Part shown: positions 1 to 9,245 of the stretch, in pieces
Layout: each line of letters opens with the position of its first letter
How positions within the stretch are numbered: the stretch's first letter is position 1
Source: a virus
Taxonomy: Duplodnaviria; Caudoviricetes
Reading direction: 5' to 3' (one strand)
IMG/VR virus record: IMGVR_UViG_3300020599_000116
Coordinates: 1 to 29,308 of that record
Length of the DNA: 29,308 nucleotides
The notes under the pieces: generated by a model
What the model was told of the DNA's origin: nothing
The model's input: the letters and a program-made list of their open reading frames with translations, nothing else
Databases searched by the model: none
Translations under genes and position numbers: made by a program

Positions 1-127
1 ACGAAGTTCTTTGACGGTTGGATTTCTCTTAAATCTTGGATAAGCTGTTCGTTCAATGGATGCCAATTCAACTGTCTCCCTTAGTTTCCTTTCTTTAGAT
101 ACTTATAAAGTGTGGACGGTGAAATTC
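1..127. repeat. Terminal direct repeat, copy 1 (circularisation overlap)
   Basis: 1-127 is identical to 29182-29308. 127 bp is a common assembler k-mer, and tnpR and tnpA read continuously across the join, giving a 29,181-bp circle. Confidence 0.95.
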
Positions 128-632
128 CAGTCATATCCTTAATTTCACGCAGTGTAACCGTTTTGGACTCGTATAGTTTCACAGCCTTTTCAATTTGTTT
201 CGAACCAACTGCGGGCCGGCCGCCCTTTCTTCCCCTAGCACGTGCCGAAGCAAGTCCGGCCAACGTTCTTTCCCGTATAATATCCGCCTCTAACTCTGCA
301 ATAACAGCCAACATTTTAAACATGGCCTTTCCAATTGCCGTACTTGTATCAATGTGGTCCTGTAAGCTAACCAGCTCTACCTTTCGTTGTTCTAAGGTCT
401 CAGATATCTCGATTAATTTTTTAGTCGATCGAGCAATTCGATCTAGTTTGTAACAAACAAATATATCACCAGACCTTAAAGTCTTCAGTGCTATCCCCAA
501 TTGTGGCCGATCATCCTTTGTACCGGACACCTTTTCTGTAAAAATCTCCTCACACCCGTATTGTTTCAAAGCATCAATCTGCATTTCCAAATTCTGTTCA
601 TGGGTAGAAACCCGAGCATAACCAATTTTCAA
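81..632 (-). CDS. tnpR: Serine resolvase (Tn3-family TnpR)
   Basis: GYARVST catalytic Ser motif, KLDRIARS, ERTLAGLASARARGRKGGRP and a C-terminal HTH (GISPSTLYKY). Lies directly upstream of tnpA across the junction. Confidence 0.95.
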   Translation of the reverse strand: MKIGYARVSTHEQNLEMQIDALKQYGCEEIFTEKVSGTKDDRPQLGIALKTLRSGDIFVCYKLDRIARSTKKLIEISETLEQRKVELVSLQDHIDTSTAIGKAMFKMLAVIAELEADIIRERTLAGLASARARGRKGGRPAVGSKQIEKAVKLYESKTVTLREIKDMTGISPSTLYKYLKKGN

Positions 633-650
633 GATCTATCATCCTTACTT

Positions 651-793
651 ACTCGTTTTTATATCAATATCATACTAAAAACGGATGCTTTTTGAATATA
701 GATTTTCATATAAGTTTTCGCATTGAAATTCAACAAAAAAAGACCACAAAATATGTTCGTGATCAACAATGCGAAAAACGGTCGTTTTTAGGA
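651..793. promoter_or_regulatory. Probable res site and tnpR promoter region
   Basis: AT-rich region upstream of tnpR with imperfect palindromes CGTTTTT..AAAAACG (654-682) and AAAAACG..CGTTTTT (774-789). Position is typical of res in res-tnpR-tnpA transposons. Confidence 0.6.
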
Positions 794-843
794 TAATGGT
801 TATTCAACTCTCGGGAAGTTATCTTCAATAAGCGCAATAAAAT

Positions 844-864
844 AGACCAATCAACGATTGGTCT
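844..864 (-). terminator. Hairpin after the Hsp20-ORF62 operon
   Basis: AGACCAATC-aac-GATTGGTCT perfect stem with a T-rich tail on the minus strand. Confidence 0.6.
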
Positions 865-1052
865 TACATATAGAGTCGTGAAGCATAACAATCTTTAATA
901 CATGAAGTTAGAACCTCTAAAATAGCTTTCTTCTCTGAATCGGGTAATTGAAGCGTTAGAATTAAAAGGTCTGTAAAAACTGGACAATCATCAGTCAATT
1001 TATCCAAGAAATCTTCCTTATTTTCGTATATGATGTCGGCTAATAAAGGCAT
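864..1052 (-). CDS. Hypothetical protein, 62 aa (transposon cargo)
   Basis: Starts 6 bp after the Hsp20 stop on the same strand and is followed by a terminator. Confidence 0.5.
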   Translation of the reverse strand: MPLLADIIYENKEDFLDKLTDDCPVFTDLLILTLQLPDSEKKAILEVLTSCIKDCYASRLYM

Positions 1053-1058
1053 AAATTT

Positions 1059-1502
1059 TTAGTGGAAGTCAATATCAATTCTTTTCTTATTTCCGCCTTG
1101 CATTTTAGGCATCCGAATTTCTAGAACACCATTCTTATATGTTGCTTTTACACCTTCTGAATTAACTCGACTTGGCAAAGCAACAGCACGCTGGAAACGA
1201 CCAACAAAGCGCTCTTTTCTATGCATATTTTCTTCTTTTACCTCATTAACCCTATTGATAGTGCCACTAATGGTAAGCATGTTGTTCTCAATTTCAATAT
1301 TCACATCTTCCTTCTTTTCTAAGCCCGGAATATCACACGTTGCTACCACTTCATTTTCAGTTTCATGGATATCAATATTTGGTGTACCAAAGTTATGCCC
1401 AAAATTAGCTCTGAATGTTGGAAGATCAGTTGTAAAGAAGCGATCTAATTCTCTTCTCATGTTTTCAAGATGACGGAATGGTTCATAAGGAATTAGGGAC
1501 AT
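1059..1502 (-). CDS. Small heat shock protein (Hsp20/alpha-crystallin)
   Basis: P-N-IDIHET, DIPGL-K-EDV-I, ER-GRF-R-V-LP and ATYKNGVLEIRMPK motifs; strong AAGGAGG RBS. Confidence 0.95.
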   Translation of the reverse strand: MSLIPYEPFRHLENMRRELDRFFTTDLPTFRANFGHNFGTPNIDIHETENEVVATCDIPGLEKKEDVNIEIENNMLTISGTINRVNEVKEENMHRKERFVGRFQRAVALPSRVNSEGVKATYKNGVLEIRMPKMQGGNKKRIDIDFH

Positions 1503-1640
1503 AGAAAATACCTCCTTAGCAATTTTACAAATTTATGGTTTCCAACGAATGGTTTTTTATTCAGCTATCGGGATTCGAGAGTTGAAAAGAAAATTCAGCT
1601 ACATCATAAAAATGGGTCATGACTGGAATTAAAATCCATC

Positions 1641-1677
1641 CTATGACCCATTTTTACACGTATCTCGGCTGAACCCC
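1641..1677 (-). repeat. Tn3 terminal inverted repeat (37 bp)
   Basis: Perfect reverse complement of 26226-26262 (GGGGTTCAGCCGAGATACGTGTAAAAATGGGTCATAG). Flanked by GGGGC at 1678-1682, matching 26221-26225. Confidence 0.95.
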
Positions 1678-1682
1678 GGGGC

Positions 1683-1900
1683 GGTTTATAAATACCAAGA
1701 GCACTTCTTTTAGAAGAGATGCGACGATGCGATATCGGGAAACGTAGGAGGCCAATCGTCATCTGCTGTCCAGAATGGGCATGCGAGCCGAAAGGTCTTT
1801 AGCTGAAATACGTTTTTACGATTACCTTCTATGTGTCCCATTATTGGCACGTTGCGTCACGGATTAGAGGGAGACCCTCACCCCATCAGCTTTTGAAAAA
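1683..1900 (+). ncRNA. 3' part of a candidate structured leader/ncRNA upstream of the tyrosine recombinase (split from 25547-26225 by Tn3)
   Basis: Several stems: AGATGCGACGAT..ATCGTCATCT, a GCC-GAAA-GGT tetraloop hairpin and GAGGG-aga-CCCTC. No ORF of 60 aa or more. Confidence 0.4.
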
Positions 1901-1925
1901 TAATTAGGGAGGAGTCTTTTTTGTC

Positions 1926-2960
1926 ATGCAAAAATTAGGATCAATGAAATACCAGGTGGAAAGTGTGCTCAATGTCATTAACTATATCGGTCAGTCCAAG
2001 CATGAAGCGAAGAAGAAGATCGGTGGCAGCAATAAAGTGACCGGTATTTACAGCATCAAATATTTTCGAAAGGTCTTGGGGAGCTGCATCCTTTTTGCTC
2101 AGTATGCCAGGCGCGAATTTGGTGTGAAGAGTATTTTTGATCTAAAGCCAGAACATCATGCAGCTTACATTCATTGGTTACAAGGTCAACGGGTTACCAA
2201 CGGTTATTTAACCAATGTGGAAAGCCATTTGCTGAAGCTCCAAACCGCCATGAGATTGATTTCTGAGAAAAACCACCGAAAGCCTGTCACCTTTATGCAG
2301 GAGCGTTTAATTGACTGGAGGAAAAAGGAGATGCCGAAGGATCGGAGCTACACCCAGGAGGAAATCGATAAATTAGAAAGTCACATGTCAAAACGAGTGG
2401 CTACTGCCATGCGTCTGTCCGTGAACCTTGGGTTTCGGACGGTCACAATTTGTAATATCCGAGTGGAACACGTAGTTACCCAGGAGGATGGAAGTCTACG
2501 AATTGAAATTCCGGACGGTAAGGGGATCACCAAAGGCGGACGTTTTCTATACCTGAATGTACCCTCTTCCTACGTTCCAGAATTGCTTGATTTGATTAAA
2601 AACAAAGGGCCAAAGGATAAAATACTCCCACTCAAAGAAAACACGCTCAGACAGGGCTTAAAACGCGCCTGTGAAGCTTCTGGTGTTGAGTCTGCCGGAT
2701 TTCATGGATTCAGACACACATATGCAAGAAGGAGATTAGAACAAATTATGGGGGATCGATTTTCTGAGGGGAAAATAATGATTGATTATATCTTAAAAAA
2801 CAGGGAGCGCGGCCGAAGAATGGATGACGGAATATCGAAAGATGCCATGGATCCCGACCGCCAATTGTTTGGGTGGGTGCAAGATTGCGTGAACATTGTT
2901 CACGGGGAGTTGGGCCATGGGAAAAGTCGTTGGGCACTGGTGGCGGTTTATATGTCATAA
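1926..2960 (+). CDS. Tyrosine recombinase/integrase (catalytic Tyr at the extreme C-terminus)
   Basis: Catalytic set R (LGFR), K (TKGGR), HxxR (FHGFRHTYA), H (ELGH) and Y (AVYMS); GGAGG RBS. Confidence 0.9.
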   Translation: MQKLGSMKYQVESVLNVINYIGQSKHEAKKKIGGSNKVTGIYSIKYFRKVLGSCILFAQYARREFGVKSIFDLKPEHHAAYIHWLQGQRVTNGYLTNVESHLLKLQTAMRLISEKNHRKPVTFMQERLIDWRKKEMPKDRSYTQEEIDKLESHMSKRVATAMRLSVNLGFRTVTICNIRVEHVVTQEDGSLRIEIPDGKGITKGGRFLYLNVPSSYVPELLDLIKNKGPKDKILPLKENTLRQGLKRACEASGVESAGFHGFRHTYARRRLEQIMGDRFSEGKIMIDYILKNRERGRRMDDGISKDAMDPDRQLFGWVQDCVNIVHGELGHGKSRWALVAVYMS

Positions 2961-3291
2961 TACATAAAGCCTATAGGATTTTTTTGGTAAAAGGAGCTGG
3001 CATAGATGTGGATTTAAATAAAGCTTTATAAAATGTATATCGTATGCATTGAATTGGGGATAACGCACCTATTTATTTCATAATCACTCTATTTTACGAA
3101 ATTATCTAGATGTGCCTTTTCCCTAAAAATCAAGTATTGTTAAGCTTTGTGGCGTTTACCTATTAGGTTGCTTATGATTCTATATTATGCAAAATTTATG
3201 CATGATCTAAATCCGCATTATATCAAGGATTGTGTTTTCCAGTGAATGAATAAAAATCTGCATAAAATATCCATGGTGGAGAAGCTCATCC

Positions 3292-3969
3292 ATGGAAAAC
3301 AGGCTAGAAGGAGCAAGTGATTCCGTGAAACAAGAGGATTTTGAACGTCGTTTAATAAATTGGCTGATGATAGCTTTTTGGTTAGTTTTAGATATTGCTC
3401 TTATACCTTTTATGTTAATGTACTTCTTTCCAAATCAAGCATCGTTCGTCGGTGATGTCTTCACCTGGACAGGGGCTATTATAGGTGGAGGACTCACTTT
3501 GGTTGGGGTGAGGTATACTTTAAACCGCCAGGCAAAAGAAAGATTTATTGATGTGTTTCCTGTAAAACTAAAAAATTTAGATTTAATAACTGAGCGGTTT
3601 GAACATATCTTAAACAGCAATCGCCTTTTGGAGTTTAGGAATAGCAATGTTGATCCTATACCGGATTTAATCAAAACAATAAAAGAGATGTTAAATTACT
3701 CAATAGATGTTGATGGAACAGTCTACACCCTTGTAAAACATTTTGAAGAAGAAGTTATAAATGTTGGGCGTACGTTGAAAGAACCCAGATATAACTATGT
3801 GGAAGACACTAAGCAGATGGGGCTATGGTCTGGTTATACGGATGAATCGCGTGCAGCTCGAGAAGAATTGTCCGAAGAAGTAAAAGAAGATATTAGAGAT
3901 AGATTGAATAAGTTAGCTAGATATCGAGATCAAATCCAACTTAAATATGTTAAATATACAAATGAATAA
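3292..3969 (+). CDS. Hypothetical membrane protein (2 N-terminal TM helices plus a soluble helical domain)
   Basis: Hydrophobic segments at about aa 21-46 and 55-75 (GAIIGGGLTLVGV); 225-aa ORF. Confidence 0.7.
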   Translation: MENRLEGASDSVKQEDFERRLINWLMIAFWLVLDIALIPFMLMYFFPNQASFVGDVFTWTGAIIGGGLTLVGVRYTLNRQAKERFIDVFPVKLKNLDLITERFEHILNSNRLLEFRNSNVDPIPDLIKTIKEMLNYSIDVDGTVYTLVKHFEEEVINVGRTLKEPRYNYVEDTKQMGLWSGYTDESRAAREELSEEVKEDIRDRLNKLARYRDQIQLKYVKYTNE

Positions 3970-3993
3970 AATTTTGTGTAAAGGCGTGAAATC

Positions 3994-4713
3994 ATGATGG
4001 ATTTTTTGCCCGGTATCCCTTCAGACGGGACGCCAGAAGCAGTTGCTTTTTGGATTTCTTTTTGGGCTGCTATGTATTCCGGGATTCTCTACAGTATAGG
4101 GACCGGTCTTTTTGTTGGGCTGGCCGTTTGGTTTGTTCAACTCAAAGTGGAGAAACAGAGAATGCGTAATGGGTTTGATCGGGAACTTGCGATCCTAAAA
4201 GAACGCGTAAGAGCTATTATTCATAAAGAAGATTCGTTAAATATTACCAACGCAAAAAGGTCTGTCCCCGTTGTTGCACAAGAAATAATGGACTTATTAT
4301 TAAATTATCCCGTCGATCTGTGGTTGGAAATGCTACCAAAAAGAAAGAACTTTTTAATACTGTTGAAAAATATTCAACAATCAGTTTCTGAATTTGAAAT
4401 TTCCGCTGAAAAACTAGATACAATATTAGGTAATTCAATCCGAAGGTATAATGCATCAATTGATAGGACAGGTGAATTAAACGCTAGTATTGACATTTCT
4501 TACGCGATTGGAAGAATTCATAACTCTGATCCAGATCATATCATCCCCTGGATTAATATGCCTTTAGGTTCTAAAGAGAAGCTCGAAGAACGTTATCAGA
4601 TAGTCATGGATAATCCAGATTTGAAGGAAAGTAGTCAACGATATTTGGATTGCAGAGAACAAATTTTATCGTGGATTGAGGCAATTAAGAACGAATTAAA
4701 TATAAAGAAATAA
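3994..4713 (+). CDS. Hypothetical membrane-anchored protein
   Basis: N-terminal hydrophobic segment (FWISFWAAMYSGILYSIGTGLFVGLAVWFV); 239-aa ORF followed by a terminator. Confidence 0.7.
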   Translation: MMDFLPGIPSDGTPEAVAFWISFWAAMYSGILYSIGTGLFVGLAVWFVQLKVEKQRMRNGFDRELAILKERVRAIIHKEDSLNITNAKRSVPVVAQEIMDLLLNYPVDLWLEMLPKRKNFLILLKNIQQSVSEFEISAEKLDTILGNSIRRYNASIDRTGELNASIDISYAIGRIHNSDPDHIIPWINMPLGSKEKLEERYQIVMDNPDLKESSQRYLDCREQILSWIEAIKNELNIKK

Positions 4714-4736
4714 GCCAGGGAGGAATCCCCGGCTTA
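4711..4736. terminator. Bidirectional intrinsic terminator
   Basis: TAAGCCaGGG..CCCcGGCTTA stem between convergent genes, with A/T tails on both sides. Confidence 0.7.
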
Positions 4737-5813
4737 TTTTTTAGGCTCAAGTTTAGCAATGAATTCAGATACGATCCCGGTTTCTTCCGCGATCTGTTCA
4801 ACGGTTTTTCCTTCTTCAAAGAGTTGGATCACTCTGTCCTGATTTCGCTTCAATGCTCTACGGTTTCGCTGATTATAGGCATTTTCACAGTTGCTTTTAT
4901 TCTTGCCAAATGGCGGCGGGCAGAACTTCTGACGGTTATCTCGTACAGGGAAAATGGAGTGATTGCAACCTGGATTCAAGCAGCGACGAAATTCCACTCC
5001 TCCTATAACCGCTTGTTGGAATTGCCACCAGGCTGTATCAAGCGGAGTGGCGAATTCTATAGCCGGTACAAATTGACCATCCACATCTTGCATGGCTGGG
5101 TAGACCCCGGAGAAATTAGAATTGATTAAATACTGGAGATACCTACGAGCCATGATATAGGGATCAATCTTGTCGTAGTTGTGGTATTCTTTCACATCCA
5201 ACGTAAAATAAAAGTGAAAAACATTCGGCGCAATACCGATAGAGTTCATTGCTCGTTTTAGACGTTTGTCTTTTTCAATTTCAGATGAACTATAACGATG
5301 GTACTTTCGTGTACTTTGCAATACATCGTTAGAAATTTCCTCTATTTTACCTGCTGGAACATGCCCGGTTTGAACTACTTCCCATATTTCAATGGCTTCT
5401 TTCAAATCAGCAATCGATCGGGCGCAAGATATGGCCAAATCCTCTATGATGCCACGCGTTTTATAATCCTCTACAAACTCTCTTCCTTCCTTCATGGTCG
5501 TTTCATTTTTGTAGGATGCTCCTAACAATCCGAAGCGTTTAAAAAACTCTTGCAGATCCGCCTCGTTATCTATATCTAGTTTGGATATCTCCATAAATAA
5601 GTTATCAGCATCTAAAGGGTTGTAGGTACTTACTGGACCCTTTTTTATGCTCTCCTGCTTGACTTTATAAACCCCTTCATTCATTTCATACTCACTAAAT
5701 ACTTTAAACCGTGTTAAACAATACGGTTTGACTAAGGTATTCTTGGGCCCCTTTGTATCGAGCATAAATTCATCCTCCTCACGTTTCTTCGGTATGACTA
5801 AGACATATCCCAC
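4734..5813 (-). CDS. Putative regulator with C-terminal Cys zinc-finger (CGNR-like) and HTH
   Basis: RRCLNPGC..RQKFC..SNC..RNRR Cys cluster followed by a KTVEQIAEETGI HTH. Divergent from an XRE gene, as in satellite regulatory switches. Confidence 0.6.
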   Translation of the reverse strand: MGYVLVIPKKREEDEFMLDTKGPKNTLVKPYCLTRFKVFSEYEMNEGVYKVKQESIKKGPVSTYNPLDADNLFMEISKLDIDNEADLQEFFKRFGLLGASYKNETTMKEGREFVEDYKTRGIIEDLAISCARSIADLKEAIEIWEVVQTGHVPAGKIEEISNDVLQSTRKYHRYSSSEIEKDKRLKRAMNSIGIAPNVFHFYFTLDVKEYHNYDKIDPYIMARRYLQYLINSNFSGVYPAMQDVDGQFVPAIEFATPLDTAWWQFQQAVIGGVEFRRCLNPGCNHSIFPVRDNRQKFCPPPFGKNKSNCENAYNQRNRRALKRNQDRVIQLFEEGKTVEQIAEETGIVSEFIAKLEPKK

Positions 5814-5864
5814 TAGTTTTTACACCGCCTTTTGGTGACGTGTTAAAAGTATCCGTACTAAAAC

Positions 5865-5904
5865 TTCACATATTTAGGATAGTGCTTTACACTGAAATTG
5901 TCAA
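5865..5904. promoter_or_regulatory. Overlapping divergent sigma-A promoters
   Basis: Minus strand: TTGACA(5904-5899)-17-TATCCT(5881-5876). Plus strand: TTCACA(5865-70)-17-TACACT(5888-93). Confidence 0.65.
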
Positions 5905-5958
5905 ACAGTAAATGCCATTTGTTGTTTGATTTAAAAACAGAAAAAGGAGGGAGTAAAG

Positions 5959-6186
5959 ATGCTGCAAATGCGGATTATCCGAGTTATGAAAGGTTGGAGT
6001 ATCCGAGAAGTAGCGGATAGGACAGGCATCAATAAATCCAATCTATCCCTCATTGAGCGGGGGATGTTCCCCATTTATCCGGGATGGAGGAAGCGTCTGG
6101 CGGAAGTGTTTCAAGTTCCAGAGTCCGTGCTTTTTGAGAAAGTGAACAGCGAAGAAATCATCGATGCGATGGAAGCAACAGTGTAA
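5959..6186 (+). CDS. XRE/Cro-family HTH regulator
   Basis: R..KGWSIREVADRTGINKSNLSLIERG HTH motif; AGGAGG RBS. Confidence 0.9.
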   Translation: MLQMRIIRVMKGWSIREVADRTGINKSNLSLIERGMFPIYPGWRKRLAEVFQVPESVLFEKVNSEEIIDAMEATV

Positions 6187-6339
6187 ATAATATGCTCTTT
6201 GAAAACTGAATAGAGAGGCTGGCTTGAGCCTTTGAAGGCGGTATGACTCCGTTAAAGAAGCGACTTCCGAGAGGATAAGCGAAAACACCAAATAGTTTAG
6301 GTGATGAAAAGTCAAATACATCTAGAAGGGAGGGAGAAT

Positions 6340-8493
6340 GTGGAAGACAAAGAAAAGCTGCCCCAAGAGGAGCAGCCCATAACCCGAGATTCACTTGGTT
6401 TTATTATACCAAAAAATCAACTACTGAAAACTCTGGACCGTTACTTTCCGAGTTCGGAAAAGCAAAAGAAAATCATCAAGCTTAGGGGATATTCTTCAGC
6501 TAACAAGGAAACGAACGAGGCGAAACGATATAGCACCGCCAAGCAGCCAATGGGTAAAGAGTGGCAGGATGTAGATCAACCCGGGCTGTCTCACGAGGAA
6601 ATCAATAACTGGACCAATCAGGGCGGCTGGATCGGGATGGTAATCCCGGATGGTTACGACCTCATAGATATTGACGATCCGCAGGAGGGTGAACTGATTT
6701 ACCAGGCATTAAAAGGAGAGGGGTTTCAGTTTCATGCCATACGGACTCCAAATGGGTATCAATTCTTTTTCCGTAGTACCGGGAAACTGAAAAGGCAGAA
6801 TGCCAAAGTTTTAATGGCAGGAGGCTTTGTAGGGGACTACCGACTAGCAGGAAAAGGGCAGATTGTTTTCCCGACTGAGGGGACGCCAGGGCGCTACTGG
6901 ATACATACAGCTAAGAAAGAACTATCTAAAACGCCTATCATGTTCGAGTTTTTGAAAAACATAGGAAAAAAAGATAGACCTTTCCCCATCCCAGTTAACG
7001 AGGGAAGCCGTGATAATACCCTTTATTCCCATGCTTGTAGGCTTGTCGAATTTGGCTATAAGGAAAAGGATATTAAGTCCGTATGTCAATTCCTCAACCA
7101 GTATTTTTTCGAGCCATCTTTGACTGATTTAGAGTTTCAAAAGACTGTAAAAAGTGCCTTTCAGCAAAAGCCAAGCGGGAGAGATTATAGCGTTTCAACC
7201 TTGAAAGAGGATTTTGGATCCGTTTCATGGGGTCATTTTTTTTTCGATGATCAATTCATCCCCATGCTTTTGGTGGAATGGTTTTTGAAGGAATATCACT
7301 TCTTCACTATGGCGGGTAGGCTATATGTCTACCAGGATGGAGTATATAAACCAATCGGTGAGGAGTTTGTCAAAAAGAAAGCCATTGAGGTATTGGGGAT
7401 AAAAGCCAAAAAGAGCAGGGTTGAGGAAACGGTCTACTTGATCAAAAGTCAAACCGTGGTTCAGCCAAGTCAAGTGAACCCAAATCCTCGGCTAATCAAT
7501 TTGCTAAATGGTTTTTTTGATATGGATGAACTAGAACTTAAACCCCATGACCCAAGCATATTAAGCACCATTCAAATCCCGGTTAAATATGATCGATACG
7601 CCAAATGCCCCACCATTCAAAGATTTATCAGCGAGATCATGCCGGGGGATTGTGTGAACTTGATTTATGAATTTGCAGGGTATTCCCTTGTTCCCCAAGT
7701 GGGTTATGACAAAGCCTTTATGCTTTATGGGAGTGGTGGAAACGGAAAGGGAACATTAATCAATCTCCTTTCCCGGTTTATCGGAGAGGAGAACGCCAGC
7801 AGCATCAGCCTTCAAGATATGACAGACAACCGATTCAGGAAAGCAGAGATTTTTGGAAGGCTCATCAACGTTTATGCCGATCTACCCGCCAGGGCGGTTC
7901 TGGATGGGGCAGACTTCAAAATGATGGTTTCAGGCGACAAGATGACCGCAGAACGAAAGAACTGTGATCCATTCGAGTTTAGACCCTTTGCAAAGCATAT
8001 CTTTTCAGCGAACCAACTACCAAAGGGAGAGAATACCGAAGCGTTCTTTGATCGATGGATTGTCATTCCTTTCCCTCACAAGTTTAGGGGATCAGGGAAA
8101 GGAGATAAGAATCTGATCGATAAAATGACAACACCGGAGGAATTAAGTGGTTTTTTCAACCTTGCCATAGATGGGCTATGGAGACTAGAAATGCAGAATG
8201 GTTTTAGTGAATCGGAGACCGTCAACCGGATGGTAGGCGAATACCGCAAAGAAAGTGATAGTGTGGCAGGCTTTATCGATGAGTGCTGCACGATTAAACC
8301 GGAGGTATGGGAGTACAAACAAGGCCTTTATAGGGAATATGACAAATGGTGTCAGGAGATGGGATTCAGACCTGTTAGCAGTATTAAATTCAATCAACGC
8401 CTTAAAGAGATTGTACCAACAGTTTTGGAAGAAAAAGAAAAAGGCGGTAAACGGAGATGGAAAGGGATTTGTGTTCCATCAGAATTTTTGTAA
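6340..8493 (+). CDS. Bifunctional primase-polymerase / D5(P4-family) SF3 helicase
   Basis: Prim-pol motifs (LIDID, RTPNGYQFFF), primase-C (EGSRDNTLYS), D5_N (INLLNGFFD..LKPHDP), Walker A GSGGNGKG and motif C FSANQLP. The GTG start at 6340 follows a GGAGGGAG RBS (track start 6301). Confidence 0.92.
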   Translation: MEDKEKLPQEEQPITRDSLGFIIPKNQLLKTLDRYFPSSEKQKKIIKLRGYSSANKETNEAKRYSTAKQPMGKEWQDVDQPGLSHEEINNWTNQGGWIGMVIPDGYDLIDIDDPQEGELIYQALKGEGFQFHAIRTPNGYQFFFRSTGKLKRQNAKVLMAGGFVGDYRLAGKGQIVFPTEGTPGRYWIHTAKKELSKTPIMFEFLKNIGKKDRPFPIPVNEGSRDNTLYSHACRLVEFGYKEKDIKSVCQFLNQYFFEPSLTDLEFQKTVKSAFQQKPSGRDYSVSTLKEDFGSVSWGHFFFDDQFIPMLLVEWFLKEYHFFTMAGRLYVYQDGVYKPIGEEFVKKKAIEVLGIKAKKSRVEETVYLIKSQTVVQPSQVNPNPRLINLLNGFFDMDELELKPHDPSILSTIQIPVKYDRYAKCPTIQRFISEIMPGDCVNLIYEFAGYSLVPQVGYDKAFMLYGSGGNGKGTLINLLSRFIGEENASSISLQDMTDNRFRKAEIFGRLINVYADLPARAVLDGADFKMMVSGDKMTAERKNCDPFEFRPFAKHIFSANQLPKGENTEAFFDRWIVIPFPHKFRGSGKGDKNLIDKMTTPEELSGFFNLAIDGLWRLEMQNGFSESETVNRMVGEYRKESDSVAGFIDECCTIKPEVWEYKQGLYREYDKWCQEMGFRPVSSIKFNQRLKEIVPTVLEEKEKGGKRRWKGICVPSEFL

Positions 8494-8494
8494 G

Positions 8495-8746
8495 GTACCC
8501 AGACTTGAACCCAGAAAGTACCCACAGTGTACCCAGACTTTTTCTAGGTATATCAAGGCTGTACCCAGAGTACCCAGACTTTTTCTATTAACTTGATGAA
8601 AAAAATAGAAGTTAGTAGAGAGAGTAATAGAAATAAAAAATATAAGAGTAAGTGAAAAAAGTCCGGGAACTCTGGGTACCTCAGATGTATCAAGGGCTGA
8701 AGCCTTCTAAAGTCTGGGTACAGTCCGGGTACCAAGTCTGGGTACC
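8495..8746. repeat. Iteron replication origin (satellite-type ori)
   Basis: GTACCCAGA(CTT) repeats at 8495, 8529, 8561 and 8570 face inverted copies at 8671, 8710, 8722 and 8734 across an AT-rich core (~8580-8660), directly after the primase-helicase gene. Confidence 0.85.
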
Positions 8747-8767
8747 AATCAAAAAGGAGTTGAATAT

Positions 8768-8941
8768 ATGAAAGGCGTCAAAATATTTGTGGCTGAAGAT
8801 ACAGCAACCTTGGAAGAAGAAATCGAAAGGGAGTTAGAGATGTTTGGTCTATCAGCGCATGATGTGAAGATGTACTTCCCTAGAGATGTGGACGGTCACA
8901 TTAGGCACCTGATAGCTGTGGTCATAACAGAGGAGGCATAA
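8768..8941 (+). CDS. Hypothetical protein, 57 aa (MKGVKIFVAEDTATLEEEIERELEMFG...), not in the ORF track
   Basis: AAGGAG RBS at 8754-59; open to TAA at 8939-41; followed directly by the next gene. Confidence 0.65.
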   Translation: MKGVKIFVAEDTATLEEEIERELEMFGLSAHDVKMYFPRDVDGHIRHLIAVVITEEA

Positions 8942-8945
8942 CCTA

Positions 8946-9245
8946 TTGGATCGATGTGTTTACTGTAAAAAGGAAATTCCCAAAGGTGCCACGAGAATCA
9001 TGACTATTGACGATGATCTGATATCCATCATTCATTGCTGCTTGAAATGCGATAGGAAACAAAATCAGAAGGCGAGGCGGTTGTTTATTGGTCGAAAGAG
9101 GCATCCAAGAGATCGGTTTGATATTGTTCCGCACCAAGGGAAGTGCGTGATATGTGATTCCATCACCCATTCGGTCTACGTGAGGATGGACTTATTCATA
9201 TGCAGTGAGAACTGCAAAAACAAGGCTTTGGATTACCGTAGATAA
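8946..9245 (+). CDS. Cys-rich (zinc-binding) hypothetical protein
   Basis: Paired CxxC motifs (CVYC, CLKC, CVIC, CSENC); GAGGAGG RBS. Confidence 0.6.
   Translation: MDRCVYCKKEIPKGATRIMTIDDDLISIIHCCLKCDRKQNQKARRLFIGRKRHPRDRFDIVPHQGKCVICDSITHSVYVRMDLFICSENCKNKALDYRR

Larger units (their letters stand above)
1..1677 (-). mobile_element. Tn3-family transposon, part 2 (continues from 26226 across the circular junction; total 4,633 bp)
   Basis: Contains tnpR, res, a small ORF and Hsp20. Ends in the 37-bp IR at 1641-1677, followed by the GGGGC duplication at 1678-1682. Confidence 0.93.

Noticed and set aside
1525-1565. Sporulation sigma (F/G) promoter for hsp20
   Set aside because: GAATA..GGAAACCATA resembles the consensus but the spacing is off; too weak to call.
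3186-3264. att site for the tyrosine recombinase (TTATGCAAAATTT / AAATCTGCATAA imperfect inverted repeat)
   Set aside because: Short, AT-rich and imperfect; it cannot be supported without an empty-site comparison.
8553-8735. 60-aa minus-strand ORF
   Set aside because: Falls across the iteron origin; its low-complexity translation reflects the repeats and the AT-rich core.
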